64,000 bases of DNA. Source: Ramazzottius varieornatus. Taxonomy: Eukaryota > Animalia > Tardigrada. Made by a program: the position numbers and the translations under genes. The DNA is taken from the NCBI GenBank assembly GCA_001949185.1, contig BDGG01000002.1:1919826-1983825 (forward strand). The letters are read 5' to 3'. Position 1 is the first letter of the stretch. Each line of letters begins with the position of its first letter. A model generated the notes under the pieces. It had not been told where the DNA came from. It saw nothing but the letters and a program-made list of their open reading frames with translations, and did not search any database. This document shows, in pieces, positions 13,085-26,000 of the stretch.

Positions 13085-15646
13085 TTAACCATATCGACAA
13101 AGGACGATTCGATCTGTCCCACTTTTTTCGTCTTGGCTACTGGACTGACCTATAGGTACTGCCAGGAGTTTCGCGAGAATGCTCATTTCTTGACATAAAT
13201 ATGTCGTCGGTCCCTCTCTGTTTCCTTGCTGGCTAGCTCACGTCACTGCCTCATTAACTCTTACGTGAGTGCCTCACTGCCTCACCGCCTTAGGCAAAAG
13301 TCTTGGCTGTACCTATCGGTCATGGAGCGAAAAGGAAGTACTTGACAGGCTTGCTGTTTTATTTTCTTAGATCGGTTGAAATACTGACCATATTGACGAA
13401 GGGTTTTCTCGACGCATAAATCCGTTTCCCCAGTTTTTCGTACAGGCGTCATTCCGCGGATATCAGAATGAAGATGCTCGGCTATTTGTGTGTACACAGT
13501 TGGCTGTTGGTTTGCCAGCTTGGAGTGACCTGGACCCAACCAAACACTATGGTTTCAACAGCACCAAGTCGAGAAGTAACCATGTGTTACCGGTTGGAGC
13601 GCAACGGAGTGGGCATGATTTACGATTACAATGAGGCGGCAGCGACCATGGACATGGCTCTTGACTATGCTAACCATAACATTCTGCCCTCACACCTTCG
13701 CCTTGCCAGGTAGAATTTGTTTCTCAGATAATGTTCCTCTTAAATACCCTTATTGGGTGTTGCTTTAGTGTATACCGCGATATCGGCAATACTTGCTCCG
13801 CGAAAACCCACATCGTTGAGCACGCATTGGGACTAAAAGACAAGGGTGTTTTTTGCACAGTTTACATCGGACCAGGTACAATACAAAAGTTTTTTGGCGA
13901 CAAAACGACGAACCTTAGTTCTGGCTACTTAGGTTGTGGATCGGCTGCGGAAGTCTTGAACAACCTCGCCGAGGCATGGGATATCCCCATCATCGATTGT
14001 CATCTGCGGGAGTGGGACAAGCCGCTTCAATGATGGACTACTACGGTGCGTGATGATCAAATAGTTATTGAACTTCCACTTTACGCTTGTAGTATCCTCT
14101 TTCAAAAATTTCGCGGACCTCCATTGCGTACACGACCATTGCCGACGTCATGTTACGCTACTTTGTCACCTTCAATTACACTACGCCGGTCTTCCTCCTG
14201 GACCAGTCGGTTAATTTCTTCCAACAGATGGGGATACTCATCGAAAGTACTTTGAAGGAGAACGACGACTTGGTGCCTTATCGACCCAGTAACTACTACC
14301 AGTTCAGCAGCTCAACCATCGACCGCCAAGCAATGGCCGAAATGCTCCGTTCGACCACAGAGTTCTCGCGAGGTAGTGGGCTTACGCTTGTTCATTAGTC
14401 ATATGCATATCCCCATCACCGGCATGGATCTATAATGTTAAAAAACGGCCCTCCTTTGTAGTTGGCGTCATATGTGCCAATAGCGATACCGTCCGGAAAG
14501 TCATGGTACTGATATGGGCCAATTTCATCAGCAAACATAATGAATTTATGCGCACTCGTCTTCCTCTTGACCGGCAGATCGTGGCGGGTGAATTAGGGAT
14601 GACATCTGGTGACTACTTAAGCAGGTTCTTCGAATGTTTTACGAACCCACTCAGCTCGCGTTCCATTCGAACGTCAGCTGACATCCTTGACCTGCAGACA
14701 CTCACTGTATATTCTCAGGTGTTTCTGGCGGTTGATCTATACCGCAGTGACGTATGGGGCGAATTCACATGGCGCCGCGGCCTGGAGGACGATGAGGTAC
14801 GTTCAAGATTTCCATATCGATGTTGTCTTCAGCCTCATGGTATGACGAGCGAATTCTGGTGCGTTATATCCGAACTTGATTATTATACTCTGTACGTACA
14901 CGTACCGAAGTTTGCAGGCTGTCAAAGCGGCTTTTCCTGCTTTGTTGTTGCTCAGTTTACGAGTGTCCGTAGTGGATCACAGTCAGACTTTCTGGCAACA
15001 AGTTGTCAAGTTATCGCGGACCAGATACAATTACCGTTTTTCAGATATCGAGCAGGTGCGCCATTCGCAGCTGAAGTCTTTCAGTTTTTCTTTCCCTGAA
15101 ACCATTTTTTTGTTTCGTAGCGCAAGGTTGATCCAATTGTGGTACACTTTTACGAGACTATCCTATTATACGCTCAAGTGATCAAGCTGATGGACGCAGC
15201 TGGGACGGATTATCTCTCGGGCCGCAAGTTTACGGCCGCCGTGGCCAACTTTTCCTTCGTTAGTCCAGTGACAGGGGTGGTCGCCTTCATCAAGAACAGT
15301 GACCGGCTGCTGGATTACACCATCCGGCAATACAACGCCGAAAGGCACGAGCACGATGTCATCATGGCGTTCCCCGCTACGTCCCAGCGAGTCACCTTCC
15401 TCGGCAACATTCTGTGGTTCGGAGCCAAGTCCTTTCCCACCAACGCTCCCTTTTGCGGCTTCAAGAACGAAAACCCGGCCTGCAAGCCGCAACCTGTACG
15501 CCTAACCAGTGGCCAAATGGCGGCTGCTGTCGCTCTTCCCATTCTTCTCGTTCTCACTATAGCATGTTTCTTCAAACCCAGAGTCAAAAGGTGAGTGAAT
15601 AATTTGCCAGATCACTCAACATGGGAGCAGTAGCTAGCTGTTTTAA

Positions 15647-16177
15647 CACCTTGAGCACGGGGCGGGAAACTCACTTTCCCGGCGCACACTCATTTGTGCG
15701 TAGCGAGTTTCCAGTTTACCTTTTGCTCCCCGTTTTTTTTCCGTTTGCCCGGACAATCAACCCTTCTTGAAACTAGAACTAGCGGCTACTGGACATTAGC
15801 TCTGCAAACCTATGTGGATTTTTTTCCTTTCTTCACGGGATTTCGGTGTAGCCAGCAAATTACTTTCCAGCCAGGTTCTCAGTTAGTCCAGAGTCACCAA
15901 AATAATTTTTCCGCGAGCCCAGAAATTTTAGTATCTTGCGACAGTTTCAGATTCGTGGAAAGATCTGCCCAGTGGTCATTAAAAAAACTTTGAAGCCTGG
16001 CCGTTTTGAGTTGACAGGCGGCGCACTCTACATCATATTCCAAAATTTTGGCCAATCGATGAGGTGTTGATTGGTCTAATTTGGCACCGCCCTCAAGTTT
16101 TAACCAGTTAAAACAAGGCGAAAGTGACTTTCCCGCACCGTATTCTGAAAGCACGAAATCGCGCAGTGCTCAAGGTG
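15647..16177. mobile_element. piggyBac-like non-autonomous element in an rGC-B intron
   Basis: TIR CACCTTGAGCAC / GTGCTCAAGGTG; internal inverted repeat GCGGGAAA(c/g)TCACTTT with asymmetric spacing; flanks TTAA (15643-15646) and TTGA (16178-16181). Confidence 0.8.
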
Positions 16178-16580
16178 TTGATTGCAGACTGATTTATGGG
16201 AACTTGGATAACTTCTGGTGGAGAATATATGAGAATGATGTTATCGTCATTGTCGGAGGCCTTCGCACTGCAACGTCAAAGACACTGAAGTCTTCGACGA
16301 ACGGTTCCATTCATACTTCGAAGGTATTTTTATTCATTTGTTGGTTTCTTTGTGGCACTGAACGGTCCATGGTGCATTTGATGTGAACTGAACGGTTCTC
16401 TTTCGAGTGAAGGTTAGAACATTAATACGTTTTGTGCTTTAGCATAAAGAGGAAGAGGCAAATGATTCGGTGACCTCGAGCTTTCCCCCGCAGAGCAAGG
16501 AAGCCTTGTCAGGACAGTATGTCGGAACCCTGGTTAGCTTGTTCGTCTACCCAGAGCCGAGACATCGGGCGAGTCCTATA

Positions 16581-18559
16581 CTGTAACCCTTCTAACATCT
16601 TTAGTACGTCACTCAAGTTAAATCTACATGTCGCGAAAAAAGAGAGTTTGCAGTGCTTCAAGCACGCCTACCACAGTGATCTCACAGTTACGTCAGATCT
16701 GACAATAGACTGCTGAAATAAGCTAATTTCCAGTTTCCAAATTCCGAATGCGTTTTGAGAATCCCGGTTCACCACTGATCCTTGTTTCCTCATTCCAACA
16801 CTTCAGTGTCGACCAACAGTGCTTCTACAGTATCCATGATGGGGAAGGTGCGAAAGACGTCATATATCGAGATTAGGAAGAGAAAGAGGATTGTGCAGGA
16901 GAAACCGACGTTAGGTCAGAAGGCCTTGATTATCTTCAAGAGAGAAGTGCAACAGGTAATTTTTGTACAGTACATGAAATTATGCCGTATCCTACGCACT
17001 GGATACTGTTCCCGAATTGAGTGGTTCTTGCTGGTTTTTAGGCATCGTTCCAGCAGATTGCTGACGAGTGTGGTCTATCGGTATACGGTGTGATAGGGAT
17101 TTGTCAGAAGAAAGAAGAGATCAGATTCGCGCTGGCGAATGGCGCAAACCCGAACCGGAAAACGACAAAAGTCAACTTGCAGTTTCCGCAGATTGACGAA
17201 CAGTGTCTGAAATTCTTAAAAATGGCTCGCGAGAAACGAATCCCAGTTCGCCCAGTTTTCCTCATGAACGTCGCTACGTTTGTTGCGTCGACTTTAGCAA
17301 TTGCCGACTTTCGATGCAGCTGGGGATGGTACGATAAGTTCTGTGGTCGCCACAACGTGAACCTCAAACAGCTTCATGGTAACTTTTAACTTACTCTAGT
17401 TATATTTCATGTGAGAGAACTGTGCGAAGGCTGGGGAATAACCGAGGAACACTTTGATTTTCACAGGAGAGGAATCCAGTACAGATTTGATAGCCTTAGA
17501 GCAGTGGCTTACCGTTGACTTGCCAGCCCTTTTGGAACTTATCCATCCGGAGAATATTTGGAACTGCGATGAGACCGGAATATGGTGGAGGAATGCCGGG
17601 ACCAAGTCTCTTGTTTTTGGCAATAAACAGGACAAAGGAACCAAGATAGCGAAGGATCGAATTACGGTTCATATATCTGTTTCCGGCGGAGGGCGCAAGC
17701 TTCCTCTATGGATCATCAGTAAGTTTGGAACTAGAAAAATTTGAGGTTTGAAATTACAAAGAGCAGAAGACAAATTCAAATTCTTGTCGGTTATAGATAC
17801 ATCTGCTCAGCCTCGATCTTTCGAACGGAATGCAGTATTCAACATCAACTCCGACGACTACGGTTTCAACTATTCGTACAACAAGACTGCCTGGATGACT
17901 ACGGTCATCTTTGAAGAATACTTGGACTGGTTTAACGCTTTAATGGTCAAGGAACAACGTCACATTCTGCTCCTAGTGGACAATTTTTCTGGACACAACG
18001 TCGCTTCTCGTCCCAACATAGAGCTACGGTTTTTGCCGCCTAACTGTACCGCAAAAGCGCAGCCATGCGATGCGGGCATTATAAAATGTCTGAAAGACGA
18101 GTACAAAAAGTTTCTTTATAAACGAGTGTTCACAAATATGCAGCATGTAAGCAACGTTGAAAGTTTTGTGAAAGGCCTGACGATTTTCGATGCAGTGGAT
18201 TGGCTGGTAGAAGCGTGGAAACTCGTGAAGCCGTCGACTATTGTTAACTGCTTTCATAAGTGCAAGATTGTAGATGAGCTGTGGATGGATGTGCCAGTTG
18301 AAGAACCGTCGGAAACTGAGCTGATACAGATTTCTCAATTTGCAGAAAATGTGGTTGGCTTCGACGATGATGTAAGCTGAACACTTTTTTACTTCCCGTC
18401 ATTTCTCTCTACTCGGCTGATACTTCCATGTTTCCAACGTTTTTTATCTGTTGCTGAGGTTGCTCTGACGTAACTGTAATCTGACCAAGCGGTTGCCTTC
18501 GTAATGCTTCTCTTAAGCAAAAGACCAGTGACGTACTAAAGATGTTAGAAGGGTTACAG
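16581..18559 (+). mobile_element. Complete Tigger/pogo DNA transposon
   Basis: Perfect 33-bp TIRs CTGTAACCCTTCTAACATCTTTAGTACGTCACT; TA duplication (16579-16580, 18560-18561); removing it restores HRASPIVTHEANL, matching HRASPAVTREANL in paralog A. Confidence 0.96.
16838..18380 (+). CDS. Tigger/pogo transposase (HTH, CENP-B HTH, DDE_1; DD29D), three introns
   Basis: Exons approximately 16838-16955, 17042-17378, 17468-17718 and 17797-18380 splice in frame; motifs FRCSWGWYDKFCGRH, NCDETG, LLVDNFSGH, QPCDAGII. Confidence 0.9.
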
Positions 18560-19155
18560 TAGTCACTCATGAAGCTAACCTAGTAAGTCTGATCTAATAC
18601 CCTTTCGGCATCCACCACAATTCCACTACAAATCTTTTTACAGATCCGGAGCTTAATCCATCCACACATTCAAAAGTTTATAGGTATCGCGGTCGACGAC
18701 TCGAACGAGTGCAAGTACTTGGTGCTGGAATGCTGTCAAAAAGGCAGTCTGCGTCACCTGATCTTTAACAAGCAGACAAATCTGGACTGGGAATTCCGAA
18801 ACTCGTTAATCAAAGACATGACAAATGTAAGCAATCCGCTGCAATCCGGCAATCTCTTAATTAGTTTCCTGACTGTTTCCACCAACTGGAAATTCATGAG
18901 CAGGGAATGGCATTCATCCAGTCATCGCCGGTTGTCTCTCACGGCTTCCTGACCGATATGGCCTGCCAAGTCGATAGTCGTTTTGTGCTGAAGATTGCCG
19001 ACTTTGGCTTCCCTTCCTTGCGTCGGGACTCCGACCTCGATCTGGTCTACAATGAACAGGAAGACAGAGACTTTCATTCCTTGTTATGGCGCGCACCCGA
19101 ACATCTGCGCCGTCGCGTGCCGCCTTCGGGAACCCCCAAAGGTGGTACAGCACTT

Positions 19156-19376
19156 CCAGCCCAGTCGAGCTCTTGGTTCCTGCTCTAAAGTTTTCCACTC
19201 ACAAATCTTACGGACGAAATCTGATCTAACTAAGCTTGAAATCAGCCTTTAATCAGCTTGTTATCCGATTTGGGCAAGATTTAGATCTATAAAGGCCTTC
19301 AATTTCAATCCAGGTAGAACCTCTTATCGAGAAATCAGCTCTTCTTGTCTGGGAACCAGAGATCTGGCTGGCCTGG
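19156..19376. mobile_element. Small degenerate MITE in an rGC-B intron
   Basis: CCAGCCCAGTCGAGCTCTTGGTTCC versus the reverse complement of the right end, CCAGGCCAGCCAGATCTCTGGTTCC; no clear TSD. Confidence 0.45.
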
Positions 19377-21485
19377 ATCCTTTTACTTAACTGTCTTTCT
19401 GAGGAACAAATTTCGTGACTGGCTTTGACTGGTGACGTATACAGCTATAGTCTTGCAGCAAATTGTCACTCTCACTGAGCCCTTCCAGTCCGGCTCGGGA
19501 CATCCGAATCATAGTCCGCAAACGACCGACAGTTCCGAGTCATACTCCAGCCGTTGGAGAGAGATCGTGCTGGAGGTACGCACCCTAAACTAAGAACTTA
19601 CTGTCTTCTGGACTCTCTTTCTTGTGCATAGGTCAAACGTCACGCCACCCCACCTATGCGTCCACCCATCCCAGCAAGAGCTTGTTCACCGCCCATGCAC
19701 GAGCTGATCGAGCAATGCTGGGACGAAAACCCGGCTCTTCGACCCAACTTCGCCCGCATTCGTACCGTGGTTAAAAAAGATCATTGGAAAGTCGGGTGAT
19801 AGCATTGTCGATCATCTGGCGCATCGTCTGGATGTTCACACATCCACTTTGGAGCATCAGGTACACACAACCCGTGCGCACTTCCGTTAGATTGGTTTTC
19901 CAGCCTGCATGCTTTGCTTCAAGGTGCAAGCGCAAGTGGCCCATTTTGAGGAGGAACGACAACACGTCAGCGAGCTGCTGAAAACGATCGTTCCAGCGTA
20001 AGCCCGTTCAACTGGTGCCGGTTACGTGCACGGTACATCTTTGGCTTTAGGCGGCGGCGAGCCTCTTTATTTTCTTTTCTTCTTAGGTCGATAGCAGAGG
20101 CCATCTTACAGGGTGCTGTAGTCTATCCGGTAGGCTGATCTGTCTCAGCTCAAAGCTTCTTTATTACTTTCTGTCCATGAATATAGGAGCAATTTGACAG
20201 TGCCACTGTCTATATCGGGAGCATACAGGGATTCGAAACAGCAACGGAAAAGAAGCCGGCCTACGATATCATCAAGTTACTTAACCAGCTGTACACTGTC
20301 TGCGATGACGTCATCGCGGAATCCAATGTTTTCAAAGTGGAGACTATTCGCGATACTTACTTCGTACGATACCATCATCGCTTCTTCTTATTTTGTCAGC
20401 AGGATAACATGTATTTTGTTACTTCTTTTCTTCAGCTGATCAGCGGAGTTCCCATACGAAACGGGACGCAGCATGCGGGAGAAATGGCTTCGTTGGCCTT
20501 GACTTTGCGCAAAGACATTTCCAGCATCACCGGCCTCAGCTCGAATCAAGCCAAAAACAAACCTTTCACGCTACGTGTGGGTTTTCACACAGGTGTGTTG
20601 GCATTCGCTGTAGCTGTGTTACCCAGTTTATCCTGTTTGGCAACAAATCCAACGATGGTGAGCTCATCTCGTTGTAGGCCCTGTTGTGACAGGTTTGATT
20701 GGCCACACCATGCCGAAATACTGCCTGTAAGCCAAACATCGTTTTCTGCACGAAATAGCTTGAAATCAAGTGTGCCCGGATAAATGACAAGAAGTCAAGA
20801 ACTACGTACTTTACCGAATATGTTTAGGTTTGGGGATACCATAACGATAGCTAGTGTTCTACAAGAGCGGGGGGAAGGTAAGCCACTACAGACCTGGTGG
20901 ATCAGTGCAATTTACTACAGTGCGGGAATATCACCAATCTACTTTCAGCCGGGAAGGTTCACTGCAGTGAGATCACGAAAACCCTACTGGAAGACTCATT
21001 CGTCCTTCTTGACCGGTATCAGCTCGAGATAAAGGTACTGCATGACTCGCGAAGCACAGTCTGTAACGTACAGTCTGCAAAAGCCTCTTCGGAAACAATC
21101 GTGCTTTGACAGAATGGTCAAGGAAAAATATCCACGTTTTGGTTACTGGGAAAAGAATAGAGCACAGATTCCAACGGCTCATACTTTTATGCAAGGCAAC
21201 CAAGATCGGCGGTATAAACGCGCCCACTTGACTTTCCTTTCGGTCGTTCTCTGCCGTCCAATTCTTGCCGATAGCTAGTGTTCTACGGGATCGTAGTTCC
21301 TCGTGGTTCGGATATCGCATTTTATTCGATAAGCGAAGTTTTGAAGCTGGGTTCAGTCCAGTGGTATCTTAAAAATTCAAGAGTTTAGAGAGTATGTGTA
21401 GAACGTTGTTTCATTGGGTGGTTTCAAACGGAATCTGGTTGTCGCCTCATCAGCTTATAACAAATAGACATACAAGAGGCTTATT

Positions 21486-22295
21486 TTATCTTCCACTACA
21501 GGATAACGAACAGGACAGAATCTTGTTGGTCAATGGATCGAGGAGAGGTTCGTAAACACAACCGGCAGGTCCGGGTCCACAAGGATTGGTCTGCGGTGGG
21601 TATACCATCGGCACAAACTATATGTCGAACACCGGCTTTCCTGGTGGCGGACCAAAGACCGGCAGTGACGGCTGGTTATACCTGCGTCGATTCTTCGCGA
21701 GTGGAAGGCTGGGTTGACGATATCCAGTTGCGTACTGCAACCTGTTCAAATGCTGGTTCAGGAAGGGTTCGTGCGGTTTCATCCACGAAGACCCTTCAGA
21801 CCCACCAAACTCTGCAGAAGGGTACAGAGAGTTGCCCGGTTCAGGTTGAGGCTTGTGTCCGTAATAGTCGTTGAGTTGCTGAAGCTTTTCAAAGTTATTT
21901 GAATATTCGCCCAGAGTTCGGGCCAGCTCCTGACGGTAATCAGCGTACGAAGGTCTTTGTCGCTGCGGCGATTGCTCATTACCATATGGAATTTGCAATG
22001 AATTTTCCGGTGTAGGATTCAGACTTCGACCGTCTATACTTTGTTGAACATGGGCTGGTTCTTCCATCACCAATTCAGGGGGCGTCCTCAAGGATTTTTC
22101 CGAAGGACTGAACAAGCTGCGACCATGCAGTTGGAAGTCCGGTTGCAGTTGATTGTAAAAAGGGTTAGTCCAAGACGTGAACGACGTGATGGGGAAGAAG
22201 GCAATCTTCTCAGGAAAAACAGGATACATATTATTGTCAGCTTGGGCTGAATAGATGCATACCAGGAAAATGAGCACAACTGTAAGCGTATGCAT
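21486..22295 (-). CDS. Secreted prepro-peptide-like protein; ORF stops at TAG 21618-21620 but the frame stays open to TAA 21486-21488
   Basis: Signal peptide MHTLTVVLIFLVCIYSAQA; internal repeat GRSL..xxExSL; KNRRR basic site; after the TAG, FVPMVYPPQTNPCGPGPAGCVYEPLLDPLTNKILSCSLSCSGR-stop. Confidence 0.65.
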
Positions 22296-23003
22296 GGCGA
22301 ATCCCAAAGGACTTCGAGTATAAAGCTCAAAAAAGAGCCAGGTGTAAAACAGTGTGCGTTGTAAAAAGTGAATGACCGGTAAGGCACACGAAACGGAATT
22401 AAGTTAAGATTGAGACAATGATGCGTTATCATCTTCGTGTTAGAATGACTCTTGAACAATGTCTACATTACAAAGTAACTGCCATATGATGCCCAGCCGT
22501 CAGTGATTAAGATGGTGGATATTATTAACAGCTGGTTAATCACTCATATACGAGATCGCTGCTACGGTGGAGAATGTAACGAAAGTTGATCATTAATCGC
22601 AGGGCTAGTAATTTTACTGCAATACGCGAACATAGTGCCTCCAGCTGCTTGATCAAGGAAGGAAGTGAACTCTACGAGAAAAAGCCAACTTATCATTTAT
22701 TGTTTCCCGATAAGAGCATGCCATAAATAACAATAATTCACAGTAGCACAAAAGAAGCTTAAAACAAGAACAGTGTACTTTGACTACGTATCAAAAGCCC
22801 ATTCAAGAGACCTAATTTCGACATAAGATATGGATCATCACACAAAAAAGCATGCGGCAAAAGAAAGGAGGTGAAGGCTAAAGCTGAAAAATCACAGCCA
22901 AAAATCAGGACACGGTAGAAGAGCTTTCTTTATCGTCAGAGGACATTGACGTCTTCGAGCACCACCCATCGGCGTAATCACAGCTCGATGTCGTCTTTCG
23001 CGG

Positions 23004-26000
23004 TCAAAATTCGAGAAGCAAACCGTCCTCTTCATCTTTTCCGCTATTCCCAAAGCCACTGTCAGGAGACACACCACTCGAAGACGCGTCGTCGCTTTTC
23101 AACATCTAAACAATAATTAAACTTTTATCGTTAGGTTGTTCTAATGATATGGAAGGCCAGCGAACGAATTCAACCAGATCGTTTTTCCAAGTGACGCACT
23201 CTTGCGGTCAGTTTCAGTGGAAACATGCGCCACTTTGTAAACGATCTATCGAAGTTGTAGTACCGAGCGCCATATTTGTCATGATTCGATGATCAATATT
23301 AGACTATTTCTCACCGCTTGTACCTCAGTTTGTCCTTTTCTGTAATCGGTTCCCGCCACTTCCAGAGCTTTCCGCAGTTTCTCCTGTACCGAAGTGCCCT
23401 TGTTGGGTCCAATGGAGCCTCTCGGCAGGAAAGCCAGCTGCCTTTTGACTTTCTCCGTGGAAGCTGGCTGGCGCAGACTGCGCTCGAAGATCTCTTCAGG
23501 TGAGCTCTTGTTGTGAGGCGAGGGTGTCAGGCTCAGCTTCTTGGGTGAAGACAAGCGGGCCACCGACTGGGCAACTACCGGCGACAGTTGGTACTTGCCC
23601 GTCGCCACGTTGAACTCCATCACGTTCTTGGCCAAAGAAATGGGCGACTTAGGTGGACCAACTTTCACGGTTGAAGTGCTGGGTTTCTTCAGTGCGATTG
23701 GCGCAGCACTGGTTACTAGAAAGGCGGCTCAAACATTCATCTACATCTTTTTCCACCGTCTGAGTACGTGACCAGGGCCGTCGCGGCCTGTATTGGATGT
23801 ATCACGAATGCACTGTGACGTTACTGGCTAAGGCTGAGCACAGTGCAAACTGATCGCGACACATGACGTAGTTGATACATTCGATACAGGTTGTGACGGC
23901 CCTGTACGTGACAAACAAACTCAACAAGATTATCTCCCAAGTGGTGCATTCTTACTGAGCATTCTTTCGGTACTAGGAGTCGACATGGTGCGCCACTTAG
24001 AAGAACAATTCTGTCGTATTGGTTTGTCTTGTGTTGGTTTGTTCTGTCATGTTTTCCGATGTTACGAGCTTTGAAACCTTGGCGAATTTACTTTACACTT
24101 CTGATGGTAGTTTGGTCCCTGTTGATTACCTGTTAGTTTGCTCTTGTCGAACCGCAAGCTGGCTCTCAACGGTTGAGACCACGTTTTCCCAGGTCCATCT
24201 TTGCTCTCCGAATTCCTTACCAAGGCAGGTCGCAAGCTTCTGGTAGCCGGGGCCGCAGCAGATATCGTTCTTCCTCCCGCTGCCGCATTCCTAAAACATT
24301 TGACAAGACATTCAAGCTCAGCGCCGACAGCAAACCAAGCTTAAAAACAACCCGCGCACTGCGAACCACGATAAGCCGAACAGATGCGCCACTTATCCGA
24401 AATGTGTTTCTTACGGTCTCAAGATGGGCTTTTGCAAGTCGTTGAGCATTTTCTTGGTGGAAGACTCTTCGGCTGACATCTTGAGCGCAGTAGAAGCCTG
24501 TGGGTTGTTGAAAGTTTGGCTGGGTTTGAGGATGGTGGAGCGGGGTAACGTCAGGCTTTGGCGCCCTCTAGCGTTGCGGACAAGCGCCGGACTGACTTGC
24601 GGTAGAGCCTTCTCCACCACGATGTTCTCATTGAAGCGAACTGAACGAGCAGGAACTGGGAAAGGTGGTCGTTCGGAAGGCGGTGTCAGCTCGGAAACTG
24701 AAGAAGTAGATCGACGGGGAGGATTGCGAGGTGTCGAACGTTGGTGGACTTCCGCTAAAGTGGTGGAAGCCGAATCGGAATCTTTGGGGGTTTTCTCAAA
24801 TACCAAACGTCGACACACCATCTACAAAAACGAGGTTACATCGATGTTCTATTTTAACCTGATTTGGAAAGCTTGGCCATGCATGTGCGTCGAGTTTCTT
24901 TGCCAAACAGTATATTCCTTGGTAATGTTTTTCAGTCGTTTCTGAATCAAAATTTCCAAGTTCTAAATTAAATTTCCAAGTTGATCTACCGGTGTCCTCG
25001 TTATTTTTCACTTCATAACCTATAATCTCTGCATTTCAGTGGGAAATATGGCTATAATAACAGTCCGAAAACTGGGTCGAGGCTGTACATCAAAGTACGC
25101 AAGCAACAATTACACGCTTGATTGGGTTGGTCAAACGACGACAACCTCGACAGCTGCTCACTATACCCCACAAAGAAAGAGGCCGCAAAAAATCAATTGA
25201 AAGTGATGTCTGTGGTCAGCGTCGATGCGACATCGCGGAGATGGGATTAGCATCGTCAGCAACCATCATGCCGCCGCTGACACATGACGTAAACGGTGTA
25301 ACCGCAATTTTCTATTGAATACAAAAGATGCACACGCGCTCCTTTTGTCCGGCAAAACAATACAGCAAATATTTGCGCCAAAAATATCCACGAAGTTCCG
25401 TCACATAACTCTTCCTCAATTTTTCATCTAAAATAAAATTTTAAGGAATATAAACACACTGAAATCCTAGCTTGAGTACGTCATGCGGATTTTTCTTTCT
25501 GCAAACACGACTACTTCTTACGGTTACTTTCTCGTGGTGTCACAGAGTAAACGAAAGTGGTGACTCACTGTTGGGGAAGTCTGCTCGGGAGAGACGAGAG
25601 CGCTTTCGGGTGGCGAAATGGTCGAGGAAGGTGAAACGTGCCATTCCAATCTTTGGCGAATTTCCCTCACTTTGCTCATTATACCTCTTTCTTGTTCTTG
25701 GCAGCGAACGGCAATATTTGCCATCGAGCCGCTCAGAGACTCTGGTCTACGTCGAAAGAGCGACGTAGGATGGTGAGACAGCCTGAAACATCACTTCCTA
25801 TTACTTCTTTCCCACTATTTTAGATTGATATTCGTTCAGTACGTACCTTCTTTGTCGTTCTTCCCAGTCCCATTCACTTTCCTCCTCATCTCTCACCACA
25901 GGTTCTTTCTCTCTGTAGGGAAACTCCATACTGCCCTCTTTGTACTGCGAATCTAGCGACATGTCGGAGAAGCTTGAGCAACTTGATTCGGGGCGACTAG

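Larger units (their letters stand above)
13468..21160 (+). pseudogene. Receptor-type guanylate cyclase-like paralog B, disrupted
   Basis: Collinear exon-by-exon paralog of 2544-11634. Lesions: 1-bp deletion near 14001, Tigger insertion in an exon (16581-18559), ~5-bp deletion near 19445, extra A near 19773-19778, and damaged splice sites. Ends STFWLLGKE-TAG at 21158-21160. Confidence 0.85.
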
